A stretch of DNA of 64,000 nt from Bradyrhizobiaceae bacterium (GTDB taxonomy: Bacteria > Pseudomonadota > Alphaproteobacteria > Rhizobiales > Aestuariivirgaceae). A program made the position numbers and the translations under genes. The DNA is taken from contig CANJMQ010000004.1 of assembly GCA_947475225.1 (NCBI GenBank), forward strand, positions 8,410-72,409, in the 5' to 3' direction. Positions 29,396-37,585 of this stretch are shown here, piece by piece; position 1 is the first letter of the stretch; the number at the start of each line of letters is the position of its first letter. The notes under the pieces are model-generated. The model was given only the letters and a program-made list of their open reading frames with translations, made no database searches and was not told the DNA's origin.

Positions 29396-30799
29396 ATGAA
29401 CCGCATCAGCCAGCGCATGATGAGAGCCTGGGTCGGGCTCGGAACGAAGTATCTGCCATTCGCGGATGCCGCAACCGACGACGTCCCGCTGTCGCGCCTG
29501 CTGAGGCTCTCGCTGTTCCAGGTCTGCGCCGGCATGACGCTGGTGCTGCTGGTCGGCACGCTGAACCGCGTGATGATCGTCGAACTCGGCGTTCCGGCCT
29601 CGCTGGTGGCGGTGATGCTGGCGCTGCCATTGGTCGCGGCGCCGTTTCGCGCGCTGATCGGATTCAAATCGGATACCCACCGCTCAGAACTGGGCTGGAA
29701 GCGGGTCCCCTATATCTACAGGGGCACGATGCTGCAGTTCGGGGGGCTCGCCATGATGCCCTTTGCGCTGCTCGTGCTGGCCCGCCAGGGTAATGCGGCC
29801 GATGTTCCGCCCATCGTGGGCCAGGTCGCCGCTGGGGTGGCCTTCCTGCTGGTGGGCGCGGGACTGAACACCACGCAGACGGTTGGCCTGGCCCTCGCCA
29901 CCGATCTCACCCCGCCCGAGAAGCAGCCCAATGTGGTGGGCCTCATGTATGTGTCGCTGCTGGCCGGCTCGATTGTCAGTGCGCTGCTGTTCGGAGCACT
30001 GCTTGTCAACTTCACGCCGGGGCGCCTCGTGCAGGTGATCCAGGGTGCTGGCGTCGCCACGCTCGTGCTCAACGGCATCGCGGTCTGGAAGCAGGAGGCA
30101 CGCGGCAGGGCGAAGCCGCGGCATGCCGCCACCCCGGACCCCTCGTTCCAGGAATCCTGGGCAAGCTTCATGTCAGGCGACAAGGCGCTGGCCCGGCTTA
30201 TCGCGGTGGGCGTCGGTACGCTTGCCTTCTCCATGCAGGACGTGATGCTGGAGCCCTATGGCGGGCAGGTGCTGGGCCTTGCCGTGTCTCGCACCACGCT
30301 TCTGACGGCGGCGATGGCGGCGGGCGGGCTGATCGGCTTCAGCCTCGCCTCCTATGTGCTGAGCCGCGGCTTCGATGCCTTCCGCATGGCCTCGCTCGGC
30401 GCCATGGTGGGCGTGCCCGCCTTCATGATGATCATTCTCGCAGCCCCCCTGCTGTCGCCCGTGCTGTTCGGGCTCGGCACCTTCCTGATCGGCTTCGGCG
30501 CCGGCCTGTTCGGCCACGGCACACTGACCGCCACCATGAACAGCGCACCCGCTGAACAGCGCGGCCTGGCGCTGGGCGCCTGGGGGGCGGTGCAGGCAAC
30601 GGCGGCCGGCATCGGCGTGGCGCTGGGCGGCGTCATCCGCGACACGCTCGCCTCCCTTGAGCCCGGAAGCGTGCTGACACCCTATCTTTCGGTGTATATC
30701 CTGGAGGTGATCCTCCTGATTGCTGCCATCGTTACCATGAATTCACTGGTCAAGAGCCCCGCCGGGGCTGCCCCGCCCCATACGGCCAATATTCAATGA
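29396..30799 (+). CDS. pucC: PucC LH2 assembly factor (BCD-family MFS)
   Basis: LPFADAA, GTLNRVMIVEL, QDVMLEPYGG; follows pucBA. Confidence 0.9.
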   Translation: MNRISQRMMRAWVGLGTKYLPFADAATDDVPLSRLLRLSLFQVCAGMTLVLLVGTLNRVMIVELGVPASLVAVMLALPLVAAPFRALIGFKSDTHRSELGWKRVPYIYRGTMLQFGGLAMMPFALLVLARQGNAADVPPIVGQVAAGVAFLLVGAGLNTTQTVGLALATDLTPPEKQPNVVGLMYVSLLAGSIVSALLFGALLVNFTPGRLVQVIQGAGVATLVLNGIAVWKQEARGRAKPRHAATPDPSFQESWASFMSGDKALARLIAVGVGTLAFSMQDVMLEPYGGQVLGLAVSRTTLLTAAMAAGGLIGFSLASYVLSRGFDAFRMASLGAMVGVPAFMMIILAAPLLSPVLFGLGTFLIGFGAGLFGHGTLTATMNSAPAEQRGLALGAWGAVQATAAGIGVALGGVIRDTLASLEPGSVLTPYLSVYILEVILLIAAIVTMNSLVKSPAGAAPPHTANIQ

Positions 30800-30833
30800 G
30801 CCGCCCGCCACAACGCATCGAGAAGGAGTCGCC

Positions 30834-31412
30834 ATGAGCTCGGAAATCATCCGGATGTTTGCCAACGCCGCCACTGCGGCCAAGGCTGCAAAAGAGTTGC
30901 GCGAAGAAGGCTATCACGACATCTTTGTGGTGACGCCGCCCACCGCCGCCGACACGCCGGTTTCGGCGATCGCCGCACAGATCGCGCAGGGGCGCGTGCT
31001 GCTGGCCGATGCGAAGGTCTATGCCAAGGGCGTGGCCGCCGGTCACGGTCTGGTGACAGTGCACGCACCCTTCGGCACCGGCAAGGTGGCGGAGCATATC
31101 CTCGACTCGCATGGGCCGATCGACTCCGGCATGCCCAAGGCAGCGTCCGACCGCATGTGGGACGAGGCCGCGCCCCTCTCCAGCGCGCTGATGATGCCGC
31201 TGCTGGTCGACGACCCGGACCCGGCGTCCAGGGCGATGGGAATTCCGCCACTCACGTCAGACAATTGCAGCCTGTCCGCCATGATCGGCATGCCGCTGCT
31301 GACCACGAGCACGATGGGCGACCGCGGCAAGCTCGGCATCCCCTTCCTGTCGAACAACCCCACCCCGCTGTCCTCCGCGCTGGGCCTGCCGCTGCTGAGC
31401 AAGCGGCAGTAG
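30834..31412 (+). CDS. Putative LH2 gamma/PucE-like repeat protein with an N-terminal YflT-like domain
   Basis: AAGGAG SD; five 16-aa-period repeats with consensus PLS.A.G.PLL; last gene of the puc operon. Confidence 0.6.
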   Translation: MSSEIIRMFANAATAAKAAKELREEGYHDIFVVTPPTAADTPVSAIAAQIAQGRVLLADAKVYAKGVAAGHGLVTVHAPFGTGKVAEHILDSHGPIDSGMPKAASDRMWDEAAPLSSALMMPLLVDDPDPASRAMGIPPLTSDNCSLSAMIGMPLLTTSTMGDRGKLGIPFLSNNPTPLSSALGLPLLSKRQ

Positions 31413-31429
31413 ACTGGCTGCACACGACG

Positions 31430-31510
31430 TTCATCATCGCCGGGCCTGACCCGGCGATCCTTTATGGCGCACCCCGAAAAGATGCCTGGGTCGAGCCCGG
31501 GCATGATGAA
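31430..31510. repeat. Alphaproteobacterial double-hairpin REP element
   Basis: TTCATCAT..CGCCGGGCCTGACCCGGCG..GCCTGGGTCGAGCCCGGGC..ATGATGAA, between convergent genes. Confidence 0.75.
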
Positions 31511-31533
31511 TGCTGGAGAAGACGCGAGGCAAC

Positions 31534-32550
31534 CTAAAGCAGCGCCGCCCCGCCCAGCGCCTTGAGATCCTTGGACCCCGTGGCAAGGCATGCAATCCGC
31601 AGCGCATTTGCGAAGGCTTCGACGTGGGCCACCACGGCCTCCGTACCCTTCATGGCGGCGGGCAGGAGCGATGCGGCCTGCGCTGCCAGATCGGCGCCGA
31701 GGCGGATGGCCCTGGCGGCGTCGAGGCCATGGCGGATACCGCCCGAGGCGATGAGCGGAACATTCGGGCAGGCCGCGCGCACCTCTGCAAGGCAGAGCGG
31801 CGTGGGAATGCCCCAGTCGCGGAAGATCTCGCCGAGGTTCTGGCCCTCAGGCTCCGTGAGGCGGGCGCCTTCGACCGCCGCCCAGCTCGTGCCCCCTGCT
31901 CCGGCGACGTCGATCGCCGCCACCCCGCAGTCAACGAGGCGGCGCGCCACGTCTCCGGAAATGCCGCTGCCGACTTCCTTGGCGATGACGGGAACAGGCA
32001 GCGCGCGAACCAGCGTCTCGATGGCCGCCTGAACACCCGCCCAGTTGCGGTCGCCGCCCGGCTGCACGGCCTCCTGCACGGGGTTGAGGTGAAGGATCAG
32101 CGCGTCGGCCCGCAGCTGGTCCACCGCGCGGCGCGCATCCTCCAGCCCCATGCCGTTGACCAGCTGGATGGCGCCGAGATTGCCGTAGATGGGGATGGAA
32201 GGGGCGATGCGCCGGAGCTCCGGGCCAAGTCCCGAACTGTCCTTCGTGGTCAGCGAAATGCGCTGGGAGCCCACGCCCATGGCGAAGCCCAGCTGCTCCG
32301 CGGCTTCCGCGATGGCGCGGTTGATCCGGTCGGAGACGTCCGGGCCGCCAGTCATGGAGGAGGCGAGGAAGGGCAAGCGCAGCGGCTTGCCGAGGAATGT
32401 GGTGGCGAGGTCGACGCCTTCGAAATCCACCTCCGGGAGGGCGTTGTGCCGGAAGCGCACCATGTCGAAGCCGGCGGGCACGCTGTGGCGTGCCGCGCCG
32501 GCCAGGACGATGTCGATATGATCGCGCTTGCGGCGCTCGATCTCGCTCAT
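31534..32550 (-). CDS. fni: Type 2 isopentenyl-diphosphate isomerase (IDI-2)
   Basis: RKRDHI, SSMTGG, GVGSQR, HLNPVQE, KEVGSG, AGAGGTSW. Confidence 0.95.
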   Translation of the reverse strand: MSEIERRKRDHIDIVLAGAARHSVPAGFDMVRFRHNALPEVDFEGVDLATTFLGKPLRLPFLASSMTGGPDVSDRINRAIAEAAEQLGFAMGVGSQRISLTTKDSSGLGPELRRIAPSIPIYGNLGAIQLVNGMGLEDARRAVDQLRADALILHLNPVQEAVQPGGDRNWAGVQAAIETLVRALPVPVIAKEVGSGISGDVARRLVDCGVAAIDVAGAGGTSWAAVEGARLTEPEGQNLGEIFRDWGIPTPLCLAEVRAACPNVPLIASGGIRHGLDAARAIRLGADLAAQAASLLPAAMKGTEAVVAHVEAFANALRIACLATGSKDLKALGGAALL

Positions 32551-32587
32551 GCGGCTAGCCCGCCGAGCCGGTCATGCAGGCAAGCGA

Positions 32588-32968
32588 TCAGGGATTGGCC
32601 GCGAGATAGGCGATCAGGTTGGCCACGTCCTCCGGCTTGTGCAGGCCGGCGAAGGCCATCTTGGTGCCGGGCACATAGGCCTTGGGGTTCGGAAGATAGG
32701 CGGTGAGGGTCGCGACATCCCAGACCTGGCCCGCCGCGCCCTTGGCCGCCATGGCCTCGGAATACTTGTAGTCCGGCACCGAGGCGGTCTTGCGGCCGAC
32801 GACGCCCTTCAGCGTCGGGCCGATCTTGTTCACGCCCTTCTGGTTCTCGTGGCAGGCCTTGCACTGGGCAAAGACCTTCTCACCGGCGGCGGCATCGCCA
32901 TCGGCATGGGCCGGGACGGCAAACAGCACGGCGGAGGCCAGTGCGGCGAAGACGGCTTTCTTGATCAT
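32588..32968 (-). CDS. cycA: Cytochrome c2
   Basis: Signal peptide, GDAAAGEKVF.QCKACH, PGTKMAFAGL; start moved to 32968. Confidence 0.92.
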   Translation of the reverse strand: MIKKAVFAALASAVLFAVPAHADGDAAAGEKVFAQCKACHENQKGVNKIGPTLKGVVGRKTASVPDYKYSEAMAAKGAAGQVWDVATLTAYLPNPKAYVPGTKMAFAGLHKPEDVANLIAYLAANP

Positions 32969-32996
32969 GTCGGTTTCCTTGACGTTTTGCTGGGCT

Positions 32997-33296
32997 TCAA
33001 TCGGAGGAAGGCACGCCTTCGGCATGTCTTGTGGCGCCTAGTCTTAGAGCCACATCGGCCACATGCGCAAGAAGGCCCCCCAGAAGATAGATTGCGACAA
33101 AGAGCCATCCCGACTGCTGCAGTGCGGCACGCAGCGCCAGCACCAGACACGCCCCGGCAAGGCCGTTCGCCACAAAGGACAAGAGGAGGAAGGTCCTTTG
33201 CCTGAGCCAGAAGTAGTAGCCCGCGACGCCGATCTCGATGGCAAGCACCACGAGCATCACCGCCGCGATCTGACCACTGGTTACGAAGTGCTCCAT
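32997..33296 (-). CDS. Small membrane protein (about 3 TM) downstream of tspO
   Basis: 99 aa hydrophobic; NGLAGACLVLALRAAL and AHVADV; tightly linked in the operon. Confidence 0.7.
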   Translation of the reverse strand: MEHFVTSGQIAAVMLVVLAIEIGVAGYYFWLRQRTFLLLSFVANGLAGACLVLALRAALQQSGWLFVAIYLLGGLLAHVADVALRLGATRHAEGVPSSD

Positions 33297-33303
33297 CGCC
33301 GGA

Positions 33304-33792
33304 TCACCCGAAGGAGCCGTTCAACTGGACGATGCGGAGGTTGAGGAAGGAGGCAATCGACACCCAGGCCAGATAGGGCACCAGCAGGATGCCGGCCAAG
33401 GTCGACACCGAGCCCAGCACCACGATGAGCCCGAGGATCGACAGCCATAACAACGCAACCTCGCGCAACGCCCAGTCGGGCCGGCGCAACTTGAAGAAGA
33501 TGGCGCTCCACGCGATGTTGAGCACGACATTGATGGCGAGCGCACCGAAGATGAGGAACCTCTCGGCCGCAGCCTCCGCCGCAGACCAGGCCAGCGCCGT
33601 GGCGATCACCGCCAGCACGAAAATCGTGGTCCACACCGGCCCGAAGGCCCAGTCCGGCGGCTTCCACGAGGGCTTTTTCAGCCTGTCGTACCACGGGCCG
33701 GTGTCGGTCAGCACCGCACCGGCAATGGCAACGACGACAGCGACCGCTGCGGCAACGCCGAGCGACCAGAGAAATGATGGCGTCCAGTTCAT
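33304..33792 (-). CDS. tspO: Tryptophan-rich sensory protein
   Basis: WYDRLKKPSWKPPDWAFGPVW, LVPYLAWV; start at 33792 overlaps the bchP stop. Confidence 0.95.
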   Translation of the reverse strand: MNWTPSFLWSLGVAAAVAVVVAIAGAVLTDTGPWYDRLKKPSWKPPDWAFGPVWTTIFVLAVIATALAWSAAEAAAERFLIFGALAINVVLNIAWSAIFFKLRRPDWALREVALLWLSILGLIVVLGSVSTLAGILLVPYLAWVSIASFLNLRIVQLNGSFG

Positions 33793-34976
33793 GTCGGACG
33801 CATGATACCAAGAAGATGCGCCATGTCCTTGAAGAAAATCTTGACGTGCGCCATTGGCCCTTTGCGGGACAATTTCTTCTCGGTGTAGGACTCCCAGGTG
33901 AGGCGCTGGACATCCTTGTCCTCGCACATCTTGACGAAGGATTCGCGGCGCTTGTCGCTCGAGTACCAGAAATACTGCATGATGCCGAGAATGAAGAAGA
34001 TACGGCCATGCACCTTCATGAAGCGCTTGCGCGCCGTTGCCAGCTGGCGGGCATCGCCGGTCTTGAGGAAGGCGATGGCCGCATCCGCTGCCAGCCGGCC
34101 GCCCAGCATGGCATAATAGATCCCCTCGCCCGAGGCCGGCGCCACGACGCCCGCGGCATCACCCGCCAGCACAACGTCGCGTCCATTGTCCCAGCGCTTC
34201 AGCGGCTTCAGCGGGATCGGCGCACCCTCGCGACGCAGCGTCTGGCCGGTAAAGCCCATCTGCTGGCGCAGGTCGGCGACCGCACCCTTGAGCGAGAAGC
34301 CCTTGTTGGCGCTACCCGTTCCCACGCTCATGGTCTTGCCATGCGGGAAGACCCAGGCATAGAAGTCGGGCGACAGGCTACCGCGGTAATAGACGTCGCA
34401 GCGGTCCGACTCATAGGCCGCAGACCGCGACTCTGGCGCCTCGATGATCTCGTGGTAGGCGAAAACGTAAGGCACCTTGTGGGCGCCGCGCACCGTGTCC
34501 TTGCCGATCTTCGAGAGCGCGCCGTCGGCGCCGATCACGCAGCGGGCGCGCAAGCTGCCCGGCGTGCCGTCCTTCTCCTTGTAGTGGATGGTGGCGGTGC
34601 CATAGCCATCGCGCGAGAAGCTTTCATAGGTGCCGGTGCGGCGCTCCGCACCCGCGCTGGCCGCGCGCGCCCGCAGCCACTCGTCGAAGGGGCCGCGATC
34701 CACCATGCCGACGTAGGAGTTGGTCACCGGCATGTCGACCTTGCGGTCGGCCGGCGAAATGATGCGGGCGGAGAAGATGCGGGCCACCAGCATCTCCGGC
34801 GGAATGTCGAAGTCGCGGATGCAGCACGGCGGAATGGCGCCACCGCAGGGCTTGATTCGCCCTGCCCGATCGAGCAGCACCACGCTCAGCCCGGCGTTTG
34901 CGGCATCATGCGCCGCAGTTGCACCCGATGGGCCGCCGCCCACCACCACGAGGTCATAGATCGTCTCTGCCAGCAT
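33789..34976 (-). CDS. bchP: Geranylgeranyl reductase
   Basis: VVGGGPSGA, KPCGGAIP, GDAAG.V..SGEGIYYAM. Confidence 0.96.
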   Translation of the reverse strand: MLAETIYDLVVVGGGPSGATAAHDAANAGLSVVLLDRAGRIKPCGGAIPPCCIRDFDIPPEMLVARIFSARIISPADRKVDMPVTNSYVGMVDRGPFDEWLRARAASAGAERRTGTYESFSRDGYGTATIHYKEKDGTPGSLRARCVIGADGALSKIGKDTVRGAHKVPYVFAYHEIIEAPESRSAAYESDRCDVYYRGSLSPDFYAWVFPHGKTMSVGTGSANKGFSLKGAVADLRQQMGFTGQTLRREGAPIPLKPLKRWDNGRDVVLAGDAAGVVAPASGEGIYYAMLGGRLAADAAIAFLKTGDARQLATARKRFMKVHGRIFFILGIMQYFWYSSDKRRESFVKMCEDKDVQRLTWESYTEKKLSRKGPMAHVKIFFKDMAHLLGIMRPT

Positions 34977-34980
34977 GTTG

Positions 34981-36294
34981 CTAACTCCCGCTTGTCTGGT
35001 GGCGCGCCGCGAGCACCAATGGGTTTGCCGCGACGCCAAAACCTTGCCTGTTGCCGATGGCCGCGGCGAGAAGTGCCGCAGCGATGAAGAAGCACGCCTC
35101 GACGGCGAAGACCGTCGCATAAGCCATGACCGGTGAGCCGAGCACCATGCGCGACACATCAGCCAGTGCTGTTCCCGCAAAGCCGCCGATGCCGAAGGCA
35201 ATCGCCTGCGAGGCGCCGAACAGCCCCATGCGCACGCCCTCGCGCGAGGTGCCGTTGTTGGCCATGTTGAACATCGAGCCGATGGCCGCCACCGCGAAGA
35301 CGCCGTTGCAGAAGCCGAGCGCGAAGACCGAAGGCTTCAACGGCCAGCCCGGCCCCACCTGCGCGGCGGCGACGAGGCCGACCAGCGCCAGCGCCGAGCC
35401 GAGGCAGCCCAGCACCGTCCAGTTCCTGAGCGTCATCAAGCGCGGCAGCAGCGTCGAGGCAGCCCCCACCAGCACCATGCCGAGCAGCACGCCGGAATTC
35501 TGCACGCCGGACAGCGAGGTGGTCTGGCCCGGCGTCAACCCGAAGACCAGGCCTGCGAAGGGCTCGAGGATCAGGTCCTGCGCGGAATAGGCCAGCATGG
35601 ACACGAAGATGAAGATCGCGAAGCGCCGCGCCGTATGGTCCGCCCAGACCTCAGCGATGGCCTGCCTGAAGGGAACCTTGTCCTCTGTCTTCGTCAGGTT
35701 GACGCGCCCGGTCTCGAGGCCGCGCACCGCGATCAGCGTCAGCAGGAAGGAGCCCGCGCAGATGCAGGCGGCGACGGTCAGCAAACGCTCTGTCGAGAAC
35801 GGGTCGAGGAAATGGCCGGCAAGCCCCGCGGTGATCACGAAGCCGGCGATCATCATGATCCACACGATGGTGGCCGCCGCGGCGCGGCGCTTGTCGTCCA
35901 CCTGGTTCGCCAGCAGCACGAGCAGCGAGGTGCCCGCCGCACCAACCCCCGCACCGATCAGCGTGAAGGAGACAATGGCGGCGATGGAACCCATCACCAT
36001 GTTCTGCTGCATCAGCTGCACCGACAGCGCGGCGCCGAAGCCGCCCAGCGCCAGCGTGCCCATGCCGGCGATGATCCACGGCGTGCGCCGCCCGCCCTTG
36101 TCGGAGCCGTGGCCCCACGAGGGCCTGAGCACCTGCAGCGCGTAATGCCATGTCACCAGCAGTCCCGGCACCATGGCGGGCAGTGCCAGCTCGACGATCA
36201 TCACCCGGTTGATGGTGGAGGTGGTCAGTACCACGATGGCGCCGAGTGCCGCCTGCACGAGGCCGAAGCGCGCGATGCCGAGCCACGACGTCAT
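34981..36294 (-). CDS. BCD-family MFS protein (PucC paralog between bchG and bchP)
   Basis: STINRVMIVELALPA, GSDKGGRRTPWI, QDLILEPFAG. Confidence 0.9.
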   Translation of the reverse strand: MTSWLGIARFGLVQAALGAIVVLTTSTINRVMIVELALPAMVPGLLVTWHYALQVLRPSWGHGSDKGGRRTPWIIAGMGTLALGGFGAALSVQLMQQNMVMGSIAAIVSFTLIGAGVGAAGTSLLVLLANQVDDKRRAAAATIVWIMMIAGFVITAGLAGHFLDPFSTERLLTVAACICAGSFLLTLIAVRGLETGRVNLTKTEDKVPFRQAIAEVWADHTARRFAIFIFVSMLAYSAQDLILEPFAGLVFGLTPGQTTSLSGVQNSGVLLGMVLVGAASTLLPRLMTLRNWTVLGCLGSALALVGLVAAAQVGPGWPLKPSVFALGFCNGVFAVAAIGSMFNMANNGTSREGVRMGLFGASQAIAFGIGGFAGTALADVSRMVLGSPVMAYATVFAVEACFFIAAALLAAAIGNRQGFGVAANPLVLAARHQTSGS

Positions 36295-37196
36295 GCGCCC
36301 AGCCCCCGCAATGCGAAGGCGCTGACCATCATGCCGGACACATAGAGCGGAACGCCGAAGCCCGAGTACCACAGCGCGCGCCGGATCGGATCAGCGAGGA
36401 AGCGGCGCATCATCACGAGTTGCACGACGAGCAGCACCACCACAGCGGCCGCAAAGAACGGCCTGCCCCACATGAACAGCAGCGCGATCACCACGACCTG
36501 CGGCAGCGCCATCACCGCTGAAGCCGTGCGTGCGGCACCCTGCACGCCGAGCTGAACGGGAAGCGAGCGCACGCCCATCTGTGTGTCACCCTCGATGGCC
36601 TTGAAGTCATTGAGCGTCATGATGCCATGGGCACCCAGCGAATAGAGCAGCGCCAGGATGACGATGGGCCAGCCCGGCACGGCGGCCAGCAGCACGGCCG
36701 CCCCGGTGAACCACGGCAGCCCCTCGTAGCACAGGCCCACCGCCGCATTGCCCCACCAGCCATTGCCCTTGAAGCGGAAGGGCGGTGCGGAATAGCCCCA
36801 GGCCATGGCCATGCCGAAGACGGCGGCCCAGAACACCACCGGCCCCAGCGCCAGCGCCACGGCCAGCGACACCGCGGTCCAGATGATTGCGATGTAAAGC
36901 CCCCAGCGCCCGGGAATGCGCCCCGAAGGGATCGGCCGGTTCGGCTCGTTGATGGCATCCACATGCCGGTCGAACCAGTCATTCACCGCCTGGCTGGTGC
37001 CGCAGACCAGCGGCCCCGACAGCGCCATGCCGGCGAGCACCAGGCCCCAGCGGTCGGTGAGGGAAAGTCCCGAGGAAATTGCCCCGCAGGCAAAGGCCCA
37101 CATGGGCGGAAACCACGTCACCGGCTTCAACAGCCGCAGCACCGCCGAAGGCTGCGGAAGAGACGGTGCCGCGGGTGTGGAGGCAAGGTTCGCCAT
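36291..37196 (-). CDS. bchG: Bacteriochlorophyll synthase
   Basis: LKPVTWFPPMWAF, NDWFDRHVDAINEP.RPIPSG, NDFKAIEGD. Confidence 0.97.
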   Translation of the reverse strand: MANLASTPAAPSLPQPSAVLRLLKPVTWFPPMWAFACGAISSGLSLTDRWGLVLAGMALSGPLVCGTSQAVNDWFDRHVDAINEPNRPIPSGRIPGRWGLYIAIIWTAVSLAVALALGPVVFWAAVFGMAMAWGYSAPPFRFKGNGWWGNAAVGLCYEGLPWFTGAAVLLAAVPGWPIVILALLYSLGAHGIMTLNDFKAIEGDTQMGVRSLPVQLGVQGAARTASAVMALPQVVVIALLFMWGRPFFAAAVVVLLVVQLVMMRRFLADPIRRALWYSGFGVPLYVSGMMVSAFALRGLGA

Positions 37197-37204
37197 GGGC
37201 GGAA

Positions 37205-37266
37205 AACGTATATCTGACAGTACAAGTTGTCAACCTGTCTTGACGTTCTGTCAGCCTGACAATACA
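37205..37266 (-). promoter_or_regulatory. bchG promoter with three phased PpsR boxes
   Basis: Boxes at 37207 (CGT-N12-ACA), 37228 (TGT-N12-ACG), 37249 (TGT-N12-ACA); minus-strand TTGACA-N17-TACGTT. Confidence 0.8.
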
Positions 37267-37468
37267 CGCCGTCAAACAGATTTCCACGGCAACTCGGCAA
37301 ATTTCCGGCTGTGTCCCAGCAAAGCTTTGCACCAGCATCGAAACTGCGCCGTCAGCAACATGCGCCGGATGCACGGCCAAAGCCATCCGCGTGTCTACGG
37401 CAGCATCGCTTTTTCAACGCGAAATGCATCCGCGAGCAACGCACGACATCCCGAAGCACCGCGATTTG

Positions 37469-37542
37469 ACCTTCGCCCGGCTTGACCGGGCGATCTTTTT
37501 GTGGCCGCGAAAAAGGATGCCCCGGTCTAGCCGGGGCAAGGT
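37469..37542. repeat. Double-hairpin REP element, possible ppsR terminator
   Basis: CGCCCGGCTTGACCGGGCG..TGCCCCGGTCTAGCCGGGGCA; same family as 31430-31510. Confidence 0.75.
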
Positions 37543-37585
37543 GAATGGTGGTGCGTGCGGTGGGCGGAACGCCGGACGGCTGCCA

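Noticed and set aside
29214-29399. 61-aa ORF between pucA and pucC
   Set aside because: Reads through a C/T-rich REP-like palindromic tract; no TM, His ligand or SD. More likely an mRNA-stability region, though not excluded
37469-37502. Plus-strand hairpin plus T-run suggesting an sRNA divergent from bchG
   Set aside because: It is one half of a double-hairpin REP element also seen at 31430-31510; no independent support for an sRNA
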